Assembly (NCBI GenBank): GCA_041583775.1
Contig: JBFHFF010000006.1
Location: 461-64,460, forward strand
Source of the DNA: Candidatus Moraniibacteriota bacterium
GTDB taxonomy: Bacteria > Patescibacteriota > Minisyncoccia > Moranbacterales > DUUL01
Length of the DNA stretch: 64,000 bases
Reading direction: 5' to 3'
Shown here: positions 1 through 9,400 of the stretch, one piece after another
Position numbering within the stretch: position 1 is the first letter of the stretch
Layout of the letters: each line of letters begins with the position of its first letter
The notes under the pieces: model-generated
Databases searched by the model: none
What the model was told of the DNA's origin: nothing
The model's input: only the letters and a program-made list of their open reading frames with translations
Position numbers and translations under genes: made by a program

Positions 1-206
1 TGGCATGCCATATGTTATTCGACTCGACATTATACGATAAATAAATTTTCTAATGTGTAATTATCTAAAAAAGTAAACAAACGATTCATTTCTTATTATT
101 GAGATGAATCGTTTTTATTTATTTAGCTCGTGTTGTATAAGCCAAAGCGCTAATCGCTAAAGTTTGTGATAGTGAATAATATAATAGATAGATTTCAAAC
201 AAGAAC

Positions 207-237
207 AGCTTTAGGGCTGTTTTTTTGTTTTTTAACA
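207..237 (+). terminator. Rho-independent terminator; same motif as 3270-3300
   Basis: acagctttagggctgtttttttgtttttt. Confidence 0.45.
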
Positions 238-462
238 CATGTGATTTTCAGAATAAAAATAAAAAACAGAAACGGCACTAAACTTCATCTTATGTGCCCC
301 AGAAAACATTGCTTTTCCCCACAATTAATGTGATAATTTAAGTAGATTGGGTTGTTCTTTGAAAATAAGAAACAATGAATGCTTAGTTTGATCTTAAAAA
401 GTTCCTAAACAATTTTAGTTCTATGGAAGAGCTAAAATCAACAACAAAAAGAGGAGACTCAC

Positions 463-1257
463 ATGAAAACGATTGCTAGTATTATTTGTTTGTTAATCTT
501 AGCTTTATTTCCTTTGGGAATCTCAACAGCGTCTCAGTCACTTGATAGGGGTGGGGTTGTTATCACCTTTGACGATGGTATGAAGTCACTGTTTGCTGAT
601 GCTTATCCAATTATGCGCAAGTATGGTCTGGAGGGCACGGCATTCGTTGTTGGAAACTGGACGGGCAGTTTCGAGAATATAACATTCGCCCAAGCGCGAA
701 CGCTACAATGGAACGGTTGGGAGATTGCAAACCACACCGACGGGCATGTCCATTTTTGCAATATGAATGAGACATCAATCGTTGAGAGTTTGACAAGGAA
801 TGAAGATATTTTCTACAAGGAGTCGGTAGAGATTTCACCAGGACTGGCTCCTCCCTATGGAGAGTCCTATAACGACGCTTGCCCAGGTCTTTATACAAGG
901 ATGGCGACAATCCTGGCCAATTTGGAATACGAATATTCTCGAAGAGCTTGGACGGAGAGTACGCCTCTCAATGATCCAGTTACATTTGATCGTTGGGGTA
1001 TTAATGTTCTTAGTGTTAAGAACAATGTCAGCTATTCAACGGTGGTAAGTTGGATAAACCAGGCTATTAGCCAAAAGAAAATCTTAGTGCTGGTCATTCA
1101 TAATGTTGCTACTATAGCAACGGACACTTACGATACAAGTGTGATGACACTCGAAAATATCGCTTGGTACATAGATAACAAGCGAAGCACTGGGCAGCTG
1201 GATGTTATGACACTGCACATGGCTACTCGGAAATTGGATTATTTTCAAAAGCAATAG
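463..1257 (+). CDS. Secreted polysaccharide deacetylase family protein (NodB homology domain)
   Basis: N-terminal signal peptide; TFDDG motif and conserved His residues (NHTDGHVHF) typical of NodB-type deacetylases; AAGAGGAG RBS 7 nt upstream of ATG. Confidence 0.65.
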   Translation: MKTIASIICLLILALFPLGISTASQSLDRGGVVITFDDGMKSLFADAYPIMRKYGLEGTAFVVGNWTGSFENITFAQARTLQWNGWEIANHTDGHVHFCNMNETSIVESLTRNEDIFYKESVEISPGLAPPYGESYNDACPGLYTRMATILANLEYEYSRRAWTESTPLNDPVTFDRWGINVLSVKNNVSYSTVVSWINQAISQKKILVLVIHNVATIATDTYDTSVMTLENIAWYIDNKRSTGQLDVMTLHMATRKLDYFQKQ

Positions 1258-1397
1258 TTCGCATTCAAAAGTAATCTACAGTTGAGGGCGCGCGTCTGGA
1301 AACTATCCAGATTTCGCGCCTTTTTATGTTTTTAAATATCATTCTATAATCACGATTTTCAATAACTCTTTTCTATCGCAAGGGGTATTTAAAAAAA

Positions 1398-1408
1398 TGT
1401 GCTATAAT
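1398..1408 (+). promoter_or_regulatory. Extended -10 promoter element TGTGCTATAAT
   Basis: Seen in sequence 30 nt upstream of the 1438 start codon. Confidence 0.45.
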
Positions 1409-1437
1409 TAAATTGATTAAAAATTAAATAATAAAAA

Positions 1438-2292
1438 ATGAAAAAAATTCTAATGTCATCAGTAGCCATTGTCGCAGTGTCTTTCTTGGTAGGTTCTTTA
1501 GCATTCGCGAAAAAAGAGAGTGCTGATGCTAATGATAACTCTTCAAAATCGAAAAGCGAGAAAGTAAAAGAGCTTAAAAACTTTGAAAAACCAACCAAAG
1601 AAAAAACCAATGCCTCAATCCACAAAGAAAAGACAGACGAAGTCTCTTCTGGATTATTAGATGTTGCTGAGGTGGAAAAAAACAAAGGACAACAAAACAG
1701 GGAAGAAAAAACCAATGAAAAAAAGATAAACAATCCCGATGTTGGAGCACAGGAACAAGTAAAAGAAAAAACCAGAGACGAAATTGCAACTGAACTTGAA
1801 GATGTGGCTAGTCAAACAGAGGAAGTTCAAGATGAAACAATTGATGCAATTGAAGAGATTGAAGATCGAAGTGGTTTTAAAAAATTTCTTGTAGGAACGG
1901 ACTATAAAAACCTAGGACAACTCCGAAGTAGTCTTGTTCAAAATAGGAATCAAATAAGGAAGCTCACCGGACTTTCAGGCGATATAACAGATGAGGATGC
2001 AAAACTTGCCACACAAGAGCAATTGACTATATTGATGCAAGAGCGAGAGAGAATTAAAACTGTTATCTCAGAAAACGAAGGAGGCTTTAGTCTTTTCGGC
2101 TGGGTTTCTAGATTTATGAACAATTATCCAAAAGTTTCTATTGATGATGAAGAAGAGACTCAGTTAATAGATGAAGTTGTGGCAGTAACAGAAGAGGTTG
2201 TTACTGAGCCAGAAAATACTGAAGAAGAGGTCATCGAAGAAAGGACTACTGAAGAAGATACTCAGGTAGAAACAGTGTTGGAAAATAAATAA
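1438..2292 (+). CDS. Secreted K/E-rich low-complexity hypothetical protein
   Basis: Signal peptide then highly charged, probably disordered sequence with an acidic C-terminus; extended -10 TGTGCTATAAT 30 nt upstream. Confidence 0.5.
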   Translation: MKKILMSSVAIVAVSFLVGSLAFAKKESADANDNSSKSKSEKVKELKNFEKPTKEKTNASIHKEKTDEVSSGLLDVAEVEKNKGQQNREEKTNEKKINNPDVGAQEQVKEKTRDEIATELEDVASQTEEVQDETIDAIEEIEDRSGFKKFLVGTDYKNLGQLRSSLVQNRNQIRKLTGLSGDITDEDAKLATQEQLTILMQERERIKTVISENEGGFSLFGWVSRFMNNYPKVSIDDEEETQLIDEVVAVTEEVVTEPENTEEEVIEERTTEEDTQVETVLENK

Positions 2293-2561
2293 AATTTATT
2301 TCAGATACAAAAGGGTTTTCCTTAGGGAGAACTCTTTTTTTGTCTAATTTTTCTATGATTACAATTTTGAATTCAGAGAATGAAGAATAGTTTTTTTTGT
2401 TTTGAATAAATGCTATAATGAAGGTGCTAGCATATGGGTAAAAGTTTTTGACTTTAACTTAAAGGTCGATATCCTTGTGCGAGATAAGTAACTTAAAAAA
2501 TAATATTCTTAACCTATTAAATGGTTACAATGCTAATTTGATAGGAAAGTACATAAATAAA

Positions 2562-2747
2562 ATGAAAAATCTACATTACACAACATTTATATTATTAGTA
2601 GTTGGAGGTTTTAATTGGCTCTTGGTAGGACTTTTTCAATGGGATATTGGTGAAATTTTTGGCGGTCAAGATGCCTGGGTTTCTAGAATAGTATATATTT
2701 TAGTAGGAGTTTCTGCTGTATATGAAGCACTTCGTTCACGAAGCTAG
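2562..2747 (+). CDS. DUF378-family small membrane protein
   Basis: Motif LLVVGGFNWLLVGLFQWDIGEIFGG resembles DUF378 two-TM proteins; ATG at 2562 preferred over the upstream TTG at 2475; TGCTATAAT at 2411-2419. Confidence 0.5.
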   Translation: MKNLHYTTFILLVVGGFNWLLVGLFQWDIGEIFGGQDAWVSRIVYILVGVSAVYEALRSRS

Positions 2748-2980
2748 TTATAAAATAAACGATTAGCATTCTGAGCCAATTGATTATTCGGAATTTTTTC
2801 TAAATAAATTTCTAATGCTTGTTTGTTGTTGGAATTTTCATAGTCAAAAAATATAAAGCGCGATACACAAAAAACAATCACCTCAAAAGGGTGTTTTTAT
2901 TTTTATATTGAAAGTCCTATAGATATAGAGTTTTTACTCTTATATATGAGTCAAAAAATCTTTTAAAATAGGTTTTTTAC

Positions 2981-3010
2981 TTGACAGACAGGTATGTACC
3001 TGCTATTATT
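2981..3010 (+). promoter_or_regulatory. Near-consensus sigma70-type promoter (TTGACA-18 bp-tgcTATTAT)
   Basis: TTGACA 2981-2986, TG-extended TATTAT 3005-3010; no protein-coding ORF for about 430 bp downstream. Confidence 0.5.
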
Positions 3011-3102
3011 CGAAAACGATATTAAAAATATGTCTTTTGGAAAATTTTTTATCGTATAGATTTGTTGTTTATATTTTAGTGAAAGATATATGGTCGCCCA
3101 CC

Positions 3103-3171
3103 AGATTAGGAGATTGGTTCAGAAGATCAATTTATGGGTTTGATTCCCATCGGCGACCATCATTTTATTGT
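3103..3171 (+). ncRNA. tRNA-like minihelix (7-bp acceptor-like stem plus T-arm) inside a putative sRNA
   Basis: ggtcgcc ... atggg-tttgatt-cccat ... ggcgacc-a; the T-loop TTTGATT resembles TTCGAAT; no anticodon arm can be folded, so not a canonical tRNA. Confidence 0.3.
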
Positions 3172-3269
3172 GGTGATTCCAGCTCAATCGCTGAGTATTT
3201 TCCTCTTTAAGATGAAATCCCTTGAGGACTAAACCTAGTCCTCACTAAAATATAGACAATAACAAAAAA

Positions 3270-3300
3270 AACAGCTCGAGGGCTGTTTTTGTTTTTTTGT
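3270..3300 (+). terminator. Rho-independent terminator (acagc-loop-gctgt followed by T-run)
   Basis: Hairpin plus T-run; near-duplicate of the terminator at 207-237. Confidence 0.5.
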
Positions 3301-3454
3301 TAAATAACTAATCTTCGTGAGATATGAAATTTGATTTATAAAATTTGTAGTTTTCCTTAAAAAATTGTATAATAAGTCAGTATATTTAAGAATTATAATA
3401 TTGCTGTTAATGTTCTAGTTTGCTGAATTTTCAAAGGTGAAAATTATAAACTTA

Positions 3455-6400
3455 ATGGGTTCAAAAAGTAAAAACAACAACAAAATAAAATCCAGAAATA
3501 ACAGGATCATTTTTTCTGTTATTTTGGCTATTTCCCTAATTTCTTTTGGGCTATTTTTATCTTGGCAGACAATTGCCGCTGCTGGCTCATTTTCTTTGAA
3601 GGATATATTGTCTGACGGGAAAAGAGTTTTGGATGGAATTTGGATTGATAAAAAAATTACTTATATTGTTGACAGTCAAATAGATTCTGGAAAAAAATCA
3701 CAAAAAGAGGAAGGGTTATATAGCGAAAATTTCGTCCTGCCAACTCCCATACCAAAAGATGGTGATTATGTTCTTAGCACTGACGGCAATGGAGGTTTGA
3801 AATGGTCTTTGACGAATACGGAATCGAGTTTGTCTGGAAATGAAATTGACGGAAAAATTGCTCATCAGACTAATGAACTTGTCTTAACAGAAGAGGGTCA
3901 ATTTGATATTGAAAGAGGTGGTGATGTGTTTGATGGTGTTTTTGCAAAAAAAGGAAGTCTTCTGATTGGGAATGGTTCGGGATATACTTCGGCAAACCTG
4001 ATTAGCTCAGATTCCAGTATTGTTTTTGGTAACCGATTTGGCTCAATAGATCTAACTTCTTCTTTGGGTAAAAAAGTAGACATCTCTGGCGAAACTAATC
4101 TTAGAATCGATAAAGAATTGAAATTGACTGGAGATTTTTTATCTATTTCATCGTCTATCGCTAGAGATAGTGAATTGCATAATGCAATAACTCTAAACGG
4201 CCCAGCTGATTATATTACGCTTGATGGGCAGAATATCAGCCGAAATTTGATTAATTTAACTTCTCATATAACTGGAATTTTACCTATTGCTAATGGAGGA
4301 ACTGGGACTGCCAGCGGTTCCCCAACTTTCACGGGCTTAACTTTAGAAGGCAATCAGGTATTGAATGGAGCTTTTTCAATTAGAGAAAGTGGAACATCTT
4401 CTGCTTATTACACAACTTTTGTCGGTGCTGATCAAGCTGGGAATATAACATATACTTTGCCAACAGGAGCTCCTGCTGGCAACAATTATGTTTTAACTGC
4501 TCAAACAGATGGAACAATGACATGGTCATCAGTGAGTGGAACAGGTGGGGTTTCAGGAATTGGAAGTGCAAATCAGGTGGCTTACTGGACCGATAGCAAC
4601 ACAATAACCGGGGAAAATTATTTAAGTATTTCTCGTGGAGGAACTGGAACCGCTACTTTAAATGATTTGATAAGCTTGGGAATACATACCAGTGGGAGTT
4701 ATATTTCAACTATCACTGGTAATACACAAATCGTAGTTGGTGGCGTGGGGGCAGAAAATGCAATTGCAACTTTAGCTTTAGGAACCGATTCAATCGGAGA
4801 TGCACAATTAGTTTTTGATACTGGGCAAAATTTAACCGTAATTAGTAATCCAACTTTTTCTGGGTTGAATTTGAGTAATTTGACTTCGGGTTCAGTTGTT
4901 TTCGTTGGAGTCGATGGACTTATTTCTCAAAACAACACTGATTTCTTTTGGGATAATATAAACAGTCGGTTGGGTATTGGTACGGTAAATCCATTGGTGA
5001 GTTTGGATATTGTTGGTGGAATAGCTGGTAGAAATGTTAGCGGTTCTAATAATGGAGCGTTTATATATGATATTGATGCTGGTAATGCCAGATTGACTCT
5101 CTATGACTCAACTGGAAATGGTGCGTTTAGATTTGATTCAACTGGAGGATCCTATGCGCTTGGCGATTCTTTCGGTATAGGAGATTCTTCACCAGATGGT
5201 AAACTGGAGGTGCGTCAGACTGCAACTGCTGATGTTCTAAATTTATATGATGGGTCTAGTAATGTTTTCACTGTTGTAGATGGTGGTAATGTTGGTATTG
5301 GAAATATAAGTCCACAGCAAAAACTTGATGTTAACGGTATTATTTTAGCCACGGGCGGATCTTCCACAAATTGGAACACTGCATATGGTTGGGGAAATCA
5401 TGCTAGTTTTGGTTATCTGACAAGTGAAGTCGATCCAATTTTTGTTGCTAGTGATGCATATGGAATTAGTGCTACGGATATTTCTAATTGGAATTCTTCA
5501 TATTCGGGCGGAATTTCTGGTTCTGGTACATCAGGCTATTTGTTGAAATTTACAGGGACAAATAGTGTTAGTAATTCGATTTTGCAAGATAGTGGAATTG
5601 GTGAGGTTAGGGTGGTGGGAAATATTATGCCAGAGATGACTGGAGCAACAGGTAATATTTCTATTCGAAATATTGGAGATGAAGATAATCGTTTTGGTCA
5701 TATTTGGGCAGAAGATGTGCATATTGGAGCAAATTCATTATATGTAAATGGCAAGAAAGTAATTTCCGATGTTTCAAGTGTGATGAATTTCACCACTGAT
5801 ATTGATCAATCAATGATAGTCAAGTCAACAGGGATTGGATCTCTTGGTTTACAATCCGATCAAGGGACACTTTTTCTTAATTCTAATGCGCTGATTAGCG
5901 CTAATGGAAAGGGAGGGATTTCATTATTGGTTTCTAGTGATAACCCGTCAATGAATTTGAATTTGACCAACAGTTCTCTTAATGGGAATATCACATTTAA
6001 TGGCACTGGATCCAATTCCCAAATCCTTGCTAGTGCGGTGCAGAAAATTTCATTGACTGCGCCTTCAGTTGAGCTAAATGGAATAGTTACAGCTGGAACT
6101 TGGAGGGGAACTGCAATTGAGGATGGTTATATTGCCAGTGCTGCCACTTGGAACGCAATGCAGAGCTCTCTTGGTTTTACGCCTTTGGATATTGCTGGTT
6201 CAAATACTATGACAGCTAATTTAAAGCTGGGAAATCACACTCTTATTGGAGGCACAAGCACAATAGATATTCTAAAACTTCAAGGAACTTCAGGAAATGG
6301 AACACTAACTTCTCCTGCAATTCAAATGAATGTTGGTGACAATGGCGCTACTAATGCACTTACAGTTTTGAATAATGGCAATGTCGGTATTGGAACGACG

Positions 6401-9400
6401 AGTCCAGGGGCTAAATTGGAAGTGGCTGGTGGTACAGACGGAAGACTTAAGATATATGGAGACTCATATCAGTCAAATATGAGAGTAGCTACAGGTGGAG
6501 TTTATTGGACTGCTGGAACTATTGAAAATGAGACAGCGTTTTGGCAGTTTTCTGCCTCTGGTGGAATAAATAATCTAAAAACAGGGTCACGAGATTTCCA
6601 AATTTATGCTACTGATTCAAATAATCCAATTGCGTATTTTACAACAACTGGCAATGTGGGCATCGGAACAACCACTCCTTCAGCAAAACTTTCCATCAAA
6701 GGCGCAGGAACAACAACTGGTATCAATTTTCAAACAACAAATTCAGCTGGTAGTCCTTTGGTGACAATGCTGGATAGTGGAAATGTCGGCATCGGCACGA
6801 CGACGCCTGCGTACGCCCTAGATGTTGCTGGTAATGTATATTTTAGGCAGGTAGTTGGTCAAAATCAACTTGTTGTTGGGCAGGCTAGCGCACAAAGTGG
6901 GTATCGTGCTTTTATAAAAGCTGGCAACCTAGCTAATATTGGGCTTGGTATACGGGGCGCTTCTGGTCAAACTGCGAATTTATTTCAATGGGAAAATGAT
7001 TCCGGTACTGGATTGGGTGGAATTGACGCTTCTGGAAATGTCGGTATCGGTACGACGAGTCCAACATCTCCATTGCACATAGAGGCTGACAATGACCCAA
7101 AAGCAATTTTAGTAAATAATGGTGGACTTAGAATGAATGGAGGAAATTCGTTTTTCATCTTCTCCAATCTTGCTTCAAATTCATTTGACGGAATATCTAA
7201 TGTTATCAATAACTTTAATAACTATGCAGGTTTATTATTGAGAAAAACCTCTACTGGCACTGGAGATTACTTTCTAGTTGAGGACTCTGCAACCAATTCT
7301 ATTTTTAAGATAGATACAAACGGGCGAGTTGGTATTGGGACGACGAGCCCAGGTGAGAAACTAGAAGTTGATAATGGAAATATTATTGCAAATATTGGTA
7401 AAGTTATATCTGCAGCTACAAATTATCGTTTTACGATGGATGCTACTAATGGTGGTGGCCCAAGATTGTCCCTTGGGAACAACAGCGTTCCCTCATCTTT
7501 TTTCGAAATAGGAGCTTGGTCAGATCGAAATAATTTTGACACAAAAGCAAGGGACCTACAATTTTATTCAACTGCTGCTCCGATTGGGTTTATTCTAAAA
7601 CAAGATACCGGCAATGTCGGTATAGGGACGACGAGTCCGGGTGATAAGTTAACTATTTCAGGAGGGTCGTTTGCTATAAGAGAAACTGATGATGGAAATG
7701 ACGCTCTTCGTTTTGATTCCGGGACACAATCTGGGGCTTTAAGATTATATTCAAATGGAACTAAAACAATTGAGATTCACGGATATGATACAAATCCTAG
7801 TTATTTCAACGGTGGCAATGTCGGCATAGGGACGACTAGCCCGCAGGCGAAGCTGGATGTATCGAACTTGGTAACAGATAATACAGATAACTCTATTGGT
7901 GTAAGGACTTCTATTACAGCGAACGCTACTAGTGATAATAGTGGCAGTGTTTATGGTTTGATATTTTCTTCTAATTCTGGCAAAGATTCATATAACAGAA
8001 CCGGATCTTTGTATGGCTTGCAAGGGTTTTCCTATCATAACGGGACCGGAACATTGGGGACTGCTGTTGGTGGAAAACTCGGTGTTCGTGTAAATGCAGA
8101 CTCTCCTGGTATAATAAATTCTGTTAACGGGATTGAGGTATCTTCTGGAATTTCTTCTGGTAAAAGCGGACGAATTTTGAATAATTATGATATACGGTTA
8201 AATTCACCTTTGCTCGGTACTGGAGGTGAAATAATCAACGATTATGGTTTATATATTGGAAATCGTGTTGGTACAGGTTTGAATTATTCTATTTATACAG
8301 GTACAGCACAATCATATTTCGGTGGTAATGTCGGTATCGGAACGGAGAGTCCGTTATCACTTCTTCATCTTGGTGGAACACCTGGATCGCTTGCTAGTGG
8401 TTTGACTTTTGGTGATGGAGATAGTGGTTTTTACGAAAATAGTGATGATGTTTTACGTCTTCAATTAGGTGGCAATTTAGCTATTCAGATGTATTATGAC
8501 TTTATTAAAGGTTCAAGTAGCGGTGCGTTCTCCATGAGGTCACTATCTGGCTCTGCTTTATATCCTACATATTCATTTATTGGTGATGAGAACACTGGAC
8601 TATTTAGCAATACGGCAGATGTTCTTCAGTTTTCAACAAATGGAAGTGAAAAGATGAGAATAGATACTGCAGGCAATATCGGCATAGGGACGACGAGCCC
8701 TACTGTGGCTTTAGAAATCCAAGGCGGTACAGACCCTAAGATTAAGATTAAAGGAACGCGGCCGTATCTAAGTTTAGAAACTACTCAAACTGGAAATACG
8801 GATTGGACTTTTGTTGGGGGTTATTATAGCGCCGATTCATTAAGTGTGCGTGCAGGAACTGCGAATATTATGACATTTTTGAATAACGGCAACATCGGGA
8901 TTGGGACGACGAGTTCTTCAGCAAAACTTTCTATCAAAGGCACAGGAACAACAACGGGTATCAATTTTCAAACCACAGATTCAGCTGGTAGTCCTTTGGT
9001 TACAATGTTTGATAATGGTAAAGTCGGTGTTGGTACAACAAGTCCATTGACAACACTAGATGTTGTTGGAAATTTTCAATTTAGGGATGCAGAAACTCCA
9101 ACAAAAGGCGTGAGGTATCGTTTTGGTTCTGCTACTGATTTAGAGGCTAGTGGGGCACCTTTGTATTTTTCCGTATGGGATGACAGTAATTTTTTGGGAT
9201 TTCAAAGACAAAAAATGGTAATGTTTAGTGGTTCCAATGAAACTCACGGATTAAAGAAGTGGGTTTGGAAAGATTATGTCGGTGCATCAATAAACCACAT
9301 TATAGATGGTTCTGGTGGGGTGGTATTTAACGAAAGTGGAAACGATTTTGATACAAGAATTGAGGGAGATACCGACCAAAACTTATTGTTTATTGATGCT

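Noticed and set aside
611-1048. Antisense and overlapping ORFs inside the deacetylase gene (611-910 minus, 857-1048 plus). Many similar nested ORFs occur elsewhere, for example 1389-1733, 3898-4083, 18050-18295, 21098-21295, 28407-29150, 50581-50817 and 60529-62664.
   Set aside because: They are fully embedded in longer ORFs that have clear homology or signal features, their composition mirrors the opposite strand, and they have no start context. These are shadow ORFs.
3103-3171. Canonical tRNA gene in the 2.75-3.44 kb gap
   Set aside because: An acceptor stem and T-arm are present, but only about 35 nt separate them. No D-arm plus anticodon arm can be folded, and it is too short and wrongly ordered for tmRNA. 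Kept only as a tRNA-like motif within a candidate sRNA.
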